DNA of 64,000 nt, from the NCBI RefSeq assembly GCF_006345805.1, contig NC_043020.1, positions 18,352,001 through 18,416,000 of the forward strand, given 5' to 3'. Position 1 is the first letter of the stretch, and each line of letters begins with the position of its first letter. The translations under genes were made by a program, and so were the position numbers. The notes below the pieces were generated by a model. The model worked only from the letters and a program-made list of their open reading frames with translations, was not told the origin of the DNA and did not search any database. The stretch comes from Octopus sinensis (lineage: Eukaryota). This document shows positions 53,291 to 64,000 of the stretch, in pieces.

Positions 53291-53640
53291 GCACAGGCAT
53301 GGCTGTGTGGTACCTTGTGCAATTGTCTTCTACTATAGCCTTGGGCTGACCAAAACCTTGTGAGTAAATTTGGTAGACAAGAAACTGAAAGAAGCCCATT
53401 GTGTACATGTATGTATTTTTGTGTTTGTGTTTGTCCCTCCATCACTGTCATGTATATATATGTGTGTGTTTGCTTGACAGCTGATGTTGGTGCGTTTACA
53501 TCCCCGTAACTTAGCAGTTTGGCAAAAGGGACCTATAGAATAAGTACTAGGCTTACAAAGAATAGGTCCTGGGGTCGATTTGTTCAACTAAAGGCAGTGC
53601 TCCAGTATGGCCACAGTCAAATGACCGAAAAGAATAAAAA
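53289..53640 (+). mobile_element. SINE family A
   Basis: Matches the family consensus; head partly deleted. Confidence 0.8.
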
Positions 53641-54449
53641 CAAAAAGAATGTATAAACAGGTAAATTGAAAATAAAAAGTAGAACAGCAGAAGTCAAAAG
53701 GATGTAGACGTGGAATGTGTTACGTTGATGCTCAGTATAAAATGGGGAAACGATTGGGTGTATAATGGTTTGGGTATGGTTCTTCTTCGTCAGAAAAGAG
53801 AGAGAGGAAAGAAGTCCAAGCAAAGCACGTGTGGTTACTGGATTAGATTGGATTGCCTACGTTCGGTCCACTGCAGGATGAAGGCCTCAGCAATGTTCTC
53901 TGCATCAACCATGGTCTGATGTGGAGGCCGTGAATTTGAGCTTGACGTTGCACTAGTTTGATGGATCTATTCTGCTGCACTGGTTTGATATAATTTGTCA
54001 GAGGGATGCAGTTTTTATACTCTTATCCACTAAAGACAATTACATTGACTACAATGCTCAACTGATACTCACGTGTGTGTGTGTGTGTGTGCGTGTGCGC
54101 ACATGCAGGATGAGCCAAAAGTCATGCACCAAAACATTCGCCATGATGACATGTAGCCAAGAGGTTAAGGGTGATGGCATCACACTCATAGGCTCATAGG
54201 TTTGATTTTTAGATTGGCAGTGTGTTGCATCCTTGAGTAGTGCACTTTATTTCCAATTGCTTCAGTCCACTCAGCTAACGATGAGTAGCAGCAGCAAAGT
54301 GCTGGGACGACACTTTTTTCCTCCAACTGTCACATACTTAATACTTTGTTGGGTCAAAAGCAGGAGGGCTGAGAGGATATCTGTATCTTGAAGTTATACA
54401 GGCATTTAAAACAGTTAGTGAACGCATGGTATATGCTTGTGAGTGATGG

Positions 54450-54807
54450 CTTTCTTTTACTTGTTTCACTCATTTGACTGTGGCCATGCTGGAGCACCAC
54501 CTTCAGTCAAGCAAATCGACCTCAGGACTTATTCTTTGTAAGCCTAGTACTTATTCTATCGGTCTCTTTTGCTGAACTGCTAAGTTACGGGGATGTAAAC
54601 ACACCAGCATCGGTTGGGGGAACAAACATGTACATATACATATATACGACGTTCTTTCAGTTTCCGTCTACCAAATCCACTCACAAGGCTTTGGTCGGCC
54701 CGACGCTATAGTAGAAGACACTTGCCCAAAGTGCCATGCAGTCGGACTGAATCAGGAACCATGTGGTTGGTAAGCAAGCTACTTACCACACAGCCACTCC
54801 TGCACCT
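54450..54807 (-). mobile_element. SINE family A
   Basis: Reverse-complement near full-length copy. Confidence 0.82.
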
Positions 54808-57301
54808 ATATGGATTTTTTTTATAGAATTGTAGCAGGGATATTTGGTAGTCACAAAACACCTAGAAGTCTAAACCCGATCACTGTATCCAATACAAAAA
54901 CAACTAAGCATCACAAATGTGATTCGCTCAAGGATTGCTGATGTCATCAAAACCTTACACATTCAAAATTCCTGGTGGAACAGGATTAAATCTTTGGCCC
55001 ACTTTTACCTCACAAGAACATCTGCTATACATTTAGCACATTTTAGCCACTTGCCTGCAGATGGCAACATAGAACTGGAAAGCAGTGTCCAAAGCACCAA
55101 GACAGTGGTTGATGGCAATGACCACAGCAACACACCCTAACAGGTTAACTCCAAGAAACACTTCAGCGACTACTATTATTCCCTGATTCAACATCTCATT
55201 TCAATTTTGGTTTCCTTACTTGTGTAAACACATTTTCTTTGTCTTTCATAGTATCATTTGTTAACACTAATAAATGTTTTTTTTTTGCATTTAAAACCTT
55301 CAATGGAATTTGTGTTCATTGAATTGTAATACCATTCACAGACAGAAAAACATTTTATCACAACAGAATAGATGGTATTGTAGAAAATGTAGATATTGGT
55401 TTGAAGTTCTGATGGTAAGTGGTAAGAAATAAAAGAATGAGAAATTTCGTTTTTCACATTTTATTATATAACAATATTACAAAAAAATCCTGAAAATATT
55501 TAACATGGAAAAAAATTATTCTAAAACAAAAGAACCAAAACCATTTTCCATATTAGTGTTCTTTATCAGAATCATTTTTTGGTTTGTTGTTACAAAGATA
55601 AATGAACATGAAGAAAATGGGCTCATATTTCTAATTCAATTTAGAACATGTTTATAAATAGGATAAAAAAAATAAATTCATTTTCCAGGAAAATATAACA
55701 AGTGACCATAAAATATATTATAATTTATTGTTTTTTTTCCCTTTGTTTTTGTACAAAGTTTTAGGATCTGAAAGAACTATTGATGTTCTGCAATAGTTAT
55801 TAATGATCATAAACAGTTTTTTAAAAAAATGGAATAAATTGGTTTTGTTGTGAGCAAGAAAAAAAAAATCAACATTATGGGGGAGAGCAGTATTTATTAT
55901 CAATGGGTTCTGCTTGAAACCTTAAAACATTTCCCTCTCTCTTATAAGGAGATTTAAGATGAGAGAAAGGAATGGAATTGCTTTTCTCAAGAACACTTAT
56001 AATGTAAATAGAGGGAAGAATTTTTAAGATTTGTTTAATTACAATTTTCCAGATAAAAGATGAAGTTTTGTAGCCCAAGATATTGGTTCAAATGTTGGCA
56101 CAAGGCCAGCAATTTTAGGGGAGGAGGTACATTGACCCTAGTACTCAACTGGTACTTATTTTATCCATCCCAAAGGGATGAAAGGGAAATCAACCTAGGC
56201 GGAATTTGAACTTAGAATATAAAGATGGATGAAATGTTGCTAAGTGTTTCCACCTGGCATGCTAACGATTCTGCCAGGTTGCCGCCAGGTAGTTCCCAAA
56301 TACTAACAATATTCTAAAATTATTTATGAAGTTAGAGTTTTCACAGGAAAGAAATGATTTTGTTTGTTTCCTTGCAAGCAGTTTTTACAGCGTTTTGTTT
56401 TGGAATGTTTTCATATTTTTTGAAAAGGTGATGATGAAATATGAGGTGTTTATCCGTGTCACATATACTGTATTTGCTGGTGTATAAGATGCACTTCTTC
56501 TGTTTCTAAATGTATCAAAAGATTGCCCTGCATCTAATGCAGCCATATTACAAATGAGAGACTGAGCCTCAAAGGCGAGGGAGCCAAACATGCATAATCC
56601 TGCAAGGCAAAATACTTGTTGCTTAAACAAAATATTGATTTCAAATTTTGGCACAAGGCCAGCAATTTCGGGGGACTTATTTTATTAACCCTGAAATGGA
56701 TGAAGGGCAAAGTCAACCTCGATGGAATTTGAACTTAGGATATAAGGACAGATGGAATGCTGCTAAGCATTTTGCCCAGGCAAGCTGGCAGAAACGTTAG
56801 CACACCAGGCGAAATGCTTAGCAGTATTTTGTCTGCTGTTACGTTCTGAGTTTAAATTCTGCCAAGGTCGACTTTGCCTTTCATCCTTTCGGGGTTGATA
56901 AATTAAGTACCAGTTACGCAATGGGTTCGATGTAATCGACTTAATGTCCTTGTTTGTCCTCTCTATGTTTAGCCCCTTGTGGGCAATAAAGAAATGAGCA
57001 TTTTGCCCAGTGTGCTAATGATTCTGCCAGCTTTCCACCCTAACCGCCTCTCAATATTGGTTTCAAATTTTGGCACAAGGCCAGCAATTTCGGAGAGGGG
57101 GGTAAGAAGAGATAAATGGTAAAGACACTTCTTTTACATGTTTGACAGTTACCATATATTGTAACTTTTGGGTGGCTAGGGTTCATGATTCATTTGAGCA
57201 AGTAAATTATACAGATACTAGCAGTTAGATTTGTAAAGGAATACAGCTCACAGATATATGTGTCTGCCTATGCATATTTATAAACTTCTCTGTGTGTGTG
57301 C

Positions 57302-57342
<41 letters not shown>

Positions 57343-57617
57343 GGTAATAAAGATTTTAGAAATTTTTACTACCAGTGGTCTAGCATATAGAAAAATTAGT
57401 CAATAGACTATATATTATTCATATAAAATAGTGTCCATTTAAACACATTAAGATGGAAATCTCTTAATGTATTTAAATGTACACTGTATTTATATATATA
57501 TATATATATATAAAGTTAATCCAAACATGAAAACACAAAGAAAAAACACAACGACATGAGGACGTGGAACAAGAATAGTGTTATTGGACGCTCAGGAAAG
57601 GAAAGAAAGAAGGAGGA

Positions 57618-57650
57618 TTTAATGTTTTGAGCGGATCTCTTCATCAGAAA
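57618..57650 (-). ncRNA. Minimal hammerhead-like core, CpG-decayed
   Basis: uuu-CUGAUGA-AGAG-AUCCG-CUC-aAAAC-aUU-AAA. Both departures from GAAAC/GUU are CpG->CpA changes. Confidence 0.45.
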
Positions 57651-57750
57651 CATAGGAAAAGGAAAGATCTAAGGAAGAGAAGACGGAGGGAAAAAAGTCG
57701 ACAACGGTACACACGCGGTCACATTTTGAATCAATGAATCTATATATTTG

Positions 57751-57804
<54 letters not shown>

Positions 57805-57897
57805 GGGAGAATTCACAAAAAAACAAAAGACGAAGACAGGTGGTGTAGATAACAAACAAACAGATGTATTAGTATAATGGTCCGGAAGTGAAAAAGT

Positions 57898-57933
57898 CTT
57901 TAACGTTTCGAGCCTACACTCTTCCACAGAAAG
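57898..57933 (-). ncRNA. Minimal hammerhead-like core with variant CUGUGGA box
   Basis: CUUU-CUGUGGA-AGAG-UGUAGG-CUC-GAAAC-GUU-AAAG. Stem I CUUU/AAAG, stem II GAG/CUC, ACGU palindromic stem III. Confidence 0.42.
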
Positions 57934-58969
57934 GAATATATATATATGCACACATATACATACATGGTATGTTGATGAATGAATGTAAAAAGAGTGCACT
58001 ATATACACTTGTGATGAAAATGTATATATTTGCTTAAATGGAAATGCATAGCATCTGTTAAAATATGTTTATGCATAGTAACTGAAGGTTCTTGTCCATA
58101 CCCAGGTTTCACACAATTTCACGTTGGGCAGAAACAAATTGAGTTAATCAGTAGAAAGTATTAAACCGGATGACTGGCTTTGATGCTGGTAAGCTTTATG
58201 GCAGCTTTAATCCTGTATAACTTTGGTCAAAGATATTCCAGCCATGACCATTCCTATCTTTTTCACAGACATTATATATAGAAAGGACCATGTTATCAAA
58301 TATGGAATTCCATACAAAAAAAGTATGAAGTGTGATTTAAAAGTGTTTGGCTGCTGTTTCCAGCAGACTGAGTGACTATATAAAGGTTTCTTCATCAGTT
58401 CTGACTGCACTTAAAGTAAATGAGACCTGACAAGGACCTTTATTACCACCAATGGCTACATGTTGATTACGTTCCATGCCTTTACAAAGAAAATTGAGTG
58501 AAACTAGGGTCTTGACCAAAACATAGTTACCAAAGATCTTTTAACTTAGGCATGCCGTTGGTTCTATATAATGGGAAAAAACTCTGAGAAATGACAATAA
58601 TGGAATAACAGTTAATCTTAATAAAATATAATATATATAACTCTAAAACATGTATTGAGTACATTGTTTGCGACTCAAATTTACAAATACAACACATACA
58701 TTTGTAGATACACACATAAACATTTTTGAAACAAATGTTGTTTCCCAGATGAAGGAGTACTCTATACATGTTATAGAGTATATTTGTATGAAGCTTGATT
58801 CATTGCATTCCAGTGACACACCACATGACCTGGAATGACCAATGAAAACAATGTATGTTCCATCTGTTTGTGCAGAATCACATTTTTTTACCATTGCTGA
58901 GCAAAATGGCAGCCAAGAAACTCTGAATAGTGATATTGTGAATAACCAGCTTTGTATATGTAAAATATA

Positions 58970-59000
58970 TATGTGCATGTGTGTGTGCGTGCATATATAT

Positions 59001-59043
<43 letters not shown>

Positions 59044-59127
59044 ATATATATATATGTATACATATATATATATGTATATATATATATATGTATATATATA
59101 TATGTATGTATATATATATATGTATAC

Positions 59128-59159
<32 letters not shown>

Positions 59160-59519
59160 GTATACATATATATTATGTATATATATATATATAGTATATA
59201 TATATATATGTATGTATATATATATAGTATATATATATATATATATGTATATATAATATATGTATATATATATATGTATATATATATATATGTATATTAT
59301 ATATATATATGTTATATATATATGTATATGTATATATATATATTATATGTATATGTATATATATTATATATGTATATGTATATATATTATATATGTATAT
59401 ATATATGTATGTATATATATGTATATGTATATGTATATATGTATACGTATATATATGTATATGTATATATATGTATATATATATATGTATATAATATATG
59501 TATATATATAATATGTATA

Positions 59520-59570
<51 letters not shown>

Positions 59571-59620
59571 GTGTATATATATATTATATGTATATGTATA
59601 TGTATATATATGTATATATA

Positions 59621-59660
<40 letters not shown>

Positions 59661-59702
59661 TATGTGTATGTGTATATATATATATATGTGTACATATATA
59701 TA

Positions 59703-59745
<43 letters not shown>

Positions 59746-59765
59746 TATATACATATATATATATC
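58970..59765. repeat. ~800-bp (TA)n/(TATG)n microsatellite, probably in or just beyond the MFSD9 3' UTR
   Basis: Direct reading. Confidence 0.92.
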
Positions 59766-59920
59766 TCGTTCTGTCAAGGTTGACAATTGCCCCATTAAAA
59801 TGACACGATACATTAATAGCAATAAAGGAATAACTGTCAATAACAAAATAAAAAAACATTTCTTATAAATACAATGTGTGTGTGTGTGTGTATGTATGCA
59901 TATATATATGCATGTATGTG

Positions 59921-59967
<47 letters not shown>

Positions 59968-60108
59968 TCACTGATGGCCTACAACAATATAAATACACAC
60001 ACACACACTGATGCGGGCCATCATTGTGTATGTGTGTGTGTGGCTCATAAAACTCAGCAAAAAATCTTCTTGAAGATTGTTATCAAATCGTTTCATTCAT
60101 ATTTTTCT

Positions 60109-60444
60109 TCAAGACTTTTTCACCTTCAAGCCTGGTCTTTTGTCTTGAGGGTACAAGAAAATGAGAATCGATGCTAAAACTGTGGCACCAGCTCCAAGAA
60201 AGGCTGGAATTGAAACATTGATTTCCATGAGAATGCCTGAAATGAAAGGAGAGATCATCCGTGCTATAGACATGAAGCTTTGACTAAGTCCTAGCAGTAC
60301 ACCAGAACCTTCCTGTGCTCCTCGGAGTAACATTAGCCTTGTTCCGACTACTCTCATGACCGATGTGGCCAAGCTAAGAGCACCAAAAAATATTATAAAG
60401 GCAATAAAAGACTGGCTGAGACCAAGCATAAATAGGATAAACAC
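60109..60444 (-). CDS. MFSD9: MFSD9-like terminal coding exon (VFILFMLGLSQSFIAFIIFFGALSLATSVMRVVGTRLMLLRGAQEGSGVLLGLSQSFMSIARMISPFISG...KKS*)
   Basis: Acceptor tttcag (plus-strand ct at 60445-60446), phase 0 matching the upstream donor. Several TM-like segments and the MFS C-terminal motif 'G.LLG..QS..S.AR.ISP..SG'. TGA at 60111-60109. Confidence 0.85.
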   Translation of the reverse strand: MFILFMLGLSQSFIAFIIFFGALSLATSVMRVVGTRLMLLRGAQEGSGVLLGLSQSFMSIARMISPFISGILMEINVSIPAFLGAGATVLASILIFLYPQDKRPGLKVKKS

Positions 60445-60526
60445 CTGAAATAGAAAATAAGATATATGCAGTTTAGAAATATATATATGTATACACACAT
60501 ATGTGTATATATATATAATATATATA

Positions 60527-60564
<38 letters not shown>

Positions 60565-61129
60565 TATATATATATACATACATATACATACACACACACA
60601 TACATATACATACACACACATATATATATATATATATATACATACATACACGTATTTATACATACATATACACACAAATAAATATATATACATACATATA
60701 TATATACACACAATATATATACATACATACATATATACACACATACATACACACACATATATACATACACACACATATATACATACACACACATATATAC
60801 ATACACACACACATATATATATGCACACACGCATATATACACATACATACATACATGCACACACATATATATATACATACATATATATATATCCATACAC
60901 ACACACACACATACACACACACATATATACCAGTGTGCAATGGGTAAATTATTGCCATATACTCTTAACTTTGCGCATTGTTTGTTTTTGATTTTGTTGA
61001 CTACACAGTATAGTAGGGTCAGTTGAGCACCATCTGTGAGAAAAACAGCACCATGATGCAATTCCCTTCACCAGAATTTTGGAAGCAACATGCTATACTG
61101 CTTGACATTCCGCCAGAAGCTCCAATATG

Positions 61130-61577
61130 AACATGTACCGAGAGTGATAACAATCAGACATCCGGTCAACATCATGGTGTTTGGAGTGATCACTAGTGAT
61201 GGCAACCTTATGCCTCCATCCATCTTCCCACATAGCCTCAGACTCAACATGGAGGCCTACATCAAGTGCCTGGAGAAGGTAGTGCTGCTCTGAGTGAAGA
61301 GGGTGGCTGCTGGAAGACCCTATGCCTGGCAATAGGACTCTGCACCATGCCACGCAAGCAGGAGAACCCAGTCATGAGTGTCAGACAATTTCTGTGACCA
61401 CACCACCCCTAACGTCTGGCCACCTAACTCCCCAGACTGCAGCCCCATTGATTATTATGTGTGGAGTTGAGCAAGAGACCAACAAAACTTCTTGTAACAA
61501 CAAAGATGAACTGAAGGCAAGGATTATGGCAGTATTCACCAACTTAGAGAAGGAGACTGTCTAGAAGAGATTCAGGT
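61130..61577 (+). mobile_element. Decayed Tc1/mariner-superfamily DD37D (maT-type) transposase fragment in the last MFSD9 intron
   Basis: HPVNIMVFGVITSDG...Q*DSAPCHASRRTQS*VSDNFCDHTTPNVWPPNSPDCSPIDYYVW; 37 residues between the 2nd and 3rd catalytic Asp; internal stops. Confidence 0.85.
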
Positions 61578-62039
61578 GACATACATACATACATACATAC
61601 ATACAAAGATACATACATACATACATACAAAGATACATACATACATACATACATACATACATACATACATAGATACAAAGATACATACATACATACATAC
61701 ATACAAAGATACATACATACATACATACAAAGATACATACATACATACATACAAAGATACATACATACATACATACATACATACAAAGATACATACATAC
61801 ATACATACATACATACAAAGATACATACATACATACATACATACAAAGATACATACATACATACATACAAAGATACATACATACATACATACATACATAC
61901 AAAGATACATACATACATACATACATACATACAAAGATACATACATACATACATACATACAAAGATACATACATACATACATACAAAGATACATACATAC
62001 ATACATACAAAGATACATACATACATACATACATACATA
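61578..62039. repeat. (ACAT)n array punctuated by 15 AAAG variants
   Basis: AAAG at 61605, 61629, 61677, 61705, 61729, 61753, 61785, 61817, 61845, 61869, 61901, 61933, 61961, 61985 and 62009. Confidence 0.92.
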
Positions 62040-62041
62040 TA

Positions 62042-62290
62042 GTGAAGGTGCATGACTCAGTGGTTAGAGTGTCAAGCTTACGATTGTGAGGTTGTGAGTT
62101 TGATTCCCAGACTGGGCTGTGTGTTGTGTTCTTGAGCAAGACACTTTATTTCACGTTGCTCCAGTTCACTCAGCTGTAGAAATAAGTAGCAAGGTCACTG
62201 GTGCCAAGCTGTATCGACCTTTCCCTTGGATTATATCGGTGGCATGGAGAGGGGAGGCTGGTATGCATGAGTGGCTGCTGGCCTTCCATA
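62042..62290 (+). mobile_element. tRNA-headed SINE of another family; related degenerate copy at ~54140-54290
   Basis: gaaggtgcatgactcagtggttagagtg...gtgagtttgattcccagac followed by cttgagcaagacactttatttcac. Confidence 0.65.
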
Positions 62291-62711
62291 AACAACCTTA
62301 CCTGGCTCCAGTTTGATCTGGCAGAATTTCTACAGCTGGATGCCCTTCCTAATGCCAACCACTCCGAGAGTGTAGTGGTTGCTTTTTACGTGCCACCTGC
62401 ATGGGGGCCAGTCAGGCAGTACTGGCAATGACCTCGCTCGAATCTTTTTACACATGCCACTGACACAGGTGCCATTGAAGCGACGTTGTTAACAATTCCG
62501 GGTATGGAAGCCAGTTGGCTGCTCTGGCAACAATCACAACGATCATGCTCGGATGGTGCTCTTGGCACTCTACTAGCACAGGCATAAGTGCCAGTAAGGC
62601 GACGCTGGTAATGATCATACTCGAATAGCCGCCTCATATATATATCTAATACTATCAATAATGTTACAAAAGCAAAGATACAAAGAAACAGCATTGGCAT
62701 GGCCTGCTTAC

Positions 62712-63097
62712 CTGAAATACAGACATTGACAAAAACAGCCTGGGTTCATTTTTGTATAGTTTAGTCAGACTTCCCACCAAGAATCCAGCTACAGTGGAAA
62801 CGACTCCACTGTAGGAGGTGAGGTAACCATTGTGCCGCGGTGAGATGTTGAAACGAGACTGGAGCATAATGTTCAAATTACTGCGGAATACAATGATGGA
62901 GAAGCCCAAGAGGAATCGAATTGCAAACATATCCCATAACTGGTTCCATTTTATCTTTCTCATGGATTGGAAAAATCTTTTAGGATTGAAGTTGATTTCA
63001 TCTGAGATTAACTTTTTGGGGCTTAACACAGAATCTAATCTCTGTAAGGTGGCTCTGGTTGGTCTTTGAGCAGTGGGAAGCAGTATCCAAACAATCA
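62712..63097 (-). CDS. MFSD9: MFS transporter, MFSD9-like, penultimate coding exon (IVWILLP...WNQLWDMFAIRFLLGFSIIVFRSNLNIMLQSRFNISPRHNGYLTSYSGVVSTVAGFLVGSLTKLYKNE...VFQ)
   Basis: Non-repetitive part of ORF 62664..63443(-). Donor CAG|gtaagc at 62711; acceptor tag at 63100-63098; 386 nt = 2+128 codons. Resembles MFSD9 'WDIFLVRLL...FGV.PKVTGYLISYS' from memory. The 5' boundary is less certain. Upstream exons lie outside the window. Confidence 0.82.
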
Positions 63098-63098
63098 C

Positions 63099-63142
<44 letters not shown>

Positions 63143-63200
63143 TAATAATAATAATAATAATAACAATAACAACAATAATAATATTAACAATAACAACAAC

Positions 63201-63238
<38 letters not shown>

Positions 63239-63335
63239 CAACAATAATAATAATAACAACAATAACTATAATAACAATAATAATAATAACAATAATAATA
63301 ATAATAACAATAATAATAATAATAATAATAATAAT
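63099..63335. repeat. (AAT/AAC)n microsatellite directly upstream of the MFSD9 acceptor
   Basis: Direct reading. Confidence 0.95.
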
Positions 63336-63884
63336 TCTGTGGGACTTCCCAGTACATACAGACCGAACCATCAAAGCCAATAAACCAGATATTGTTGTGA
63401 AAGACCAAAACAATAAAGTTTGCTTATTGATCGACATGAGCATCCCCTGTGATCATAATATCTCGGCGAAAGACTTTGACAAGCTCAGAAAATATAAAGA
63501 CCTGCTCATTGAAACTGAGAAAATGTGGCATCTCAAGGCGGTTACAATACCAGTGATCGTAGGAGCACTAGGAATGATCAAGAAAGGAACCGAAAAGTAT
63601 ATGAGAATGATCCCTGTCTTACCATCCCTGCAAGAAGTGCAGAAGATTGTCTTAACTGGTACATCACACATATTGAGAAGAGCATTGTCGATGTGAGAAC
63701 TATTACTACCCATGTATTTTAATTTAACTTTATTTCTATCAAAAAAAAAAAAATGAATGAACTAGTGAGTTTAGTTTAATGGCCTACCAATGTATACTAT
63801 GAGTTTCTTTGCCCTAGGAGTCGGGAAGACACTTGGCAAGAAATGGAAGCAAATTTGAAAGAAGAAGAAAAATAATAATAATAA
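63335..63884 (+). mobile_element. 5'-truncated R4/Dong-clade non-LTR retrotransposon (restriction-like endonuclease C-terminus + 3' UTR) in a (TAA)n tract, antisense within an MFSD9 intron
   Basis: Uninterrupted LWDFPVHTDRTIKANKPDIVVKD...LLIDMSIPCD..ISAK..DKLRKYKDL...IPVIVGALG...QKIVLTGTSHILRR* (PD..D..K RLE motif), stop at 63696. Flanked by (AAT)n on both sides, the known Dong target. Confidence 0.88.
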
Positions 63885-64000
63885 GAAGTTCAGAATCTTT
63901 AGATAAAACAGTGAAACAGTATGGCATATTACCAGCCAATGTACGCTACTAGCTCAGAAGGAATATGAGATGCCACAATATAGCCAGGCTTGTCCATTGG

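Noticed and set aside
55054-55068. CTCF-like motif CCTGCAGATGGCAAC between the convergent genes
   Set aside because: A single short, imperfect match is expected by chance in 64 kb.
54919-55190. Short non-repetitive ORFs on both strands (73 aa on +, ~54 aa hydrophobic on -)
   Set aside because: No recognisable homology, convincing splice sites or codon signal.
61093-61353. 86-aa minus-strand ORF in the MFSD9 intron as an extra exon
   Set aside because: It is the antisense of the DD37D transposase remnant, and the two MFSD9 exons already join in phase without it.
61578-62039. Regularly punctuated array as a CRISPR-like locus
   Set aside because: The 'spacers' are only (ACAT)n of varying length; no unique spacers, no cas genes, eukaryotic context.

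Overview
AT-rich, repeat-dense animal genomic DNA. The SINE, MITE and microsatellite repertoire looks like an Octopus (coleoid cephalopod) genome; this is recognition from memory, not a search. Two spliced genes converge tail-to-tail. (1) A complete 6-exon HTATIP2/TIP30/CC3-like NADP(H)-binding SDR oxidoreductase on + (CDS 16949..45063, 915 nt, 304 aa, all splice phases consistent), with an N-terminal membrane anchor. (2) The last two coding exons of an MFSD9-like MFS transporter on - (63097..62712 and 60444..60109), continuing beyond the window. The rest is mobile DNA and simple repeats: more than 20 copies of one tRNA-headed SINE family and several other SINE families, RTE and R4/Dong LINE fragments, decayed Penelope-like element (PLE) pieces, a full-length dead mariner, a DD37D (maT) remnant, piggyBac-type MITEs, Helitron/Helentron non-autonomous elements, long inverted repeats and very long microsatellites. 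Almost all long ORFs in the supplied track are microsatellite translations. The most notable unexplained signals are a near-canonical type I hammerhead ribozyme fold (48425-48482, -), two tandem minimal hammerhead-like cores in microsatellite-embedded modules (57618-57933, -), and an MFSD9 splice acceptor made by the (TAA)n target tract of a Dong retrotransposon, with an in-frame cryptic AG. No prokaryotic-type system (CRISPR etc.) is supported. Coordinates were read by eye; repeat boundaries are approximate.
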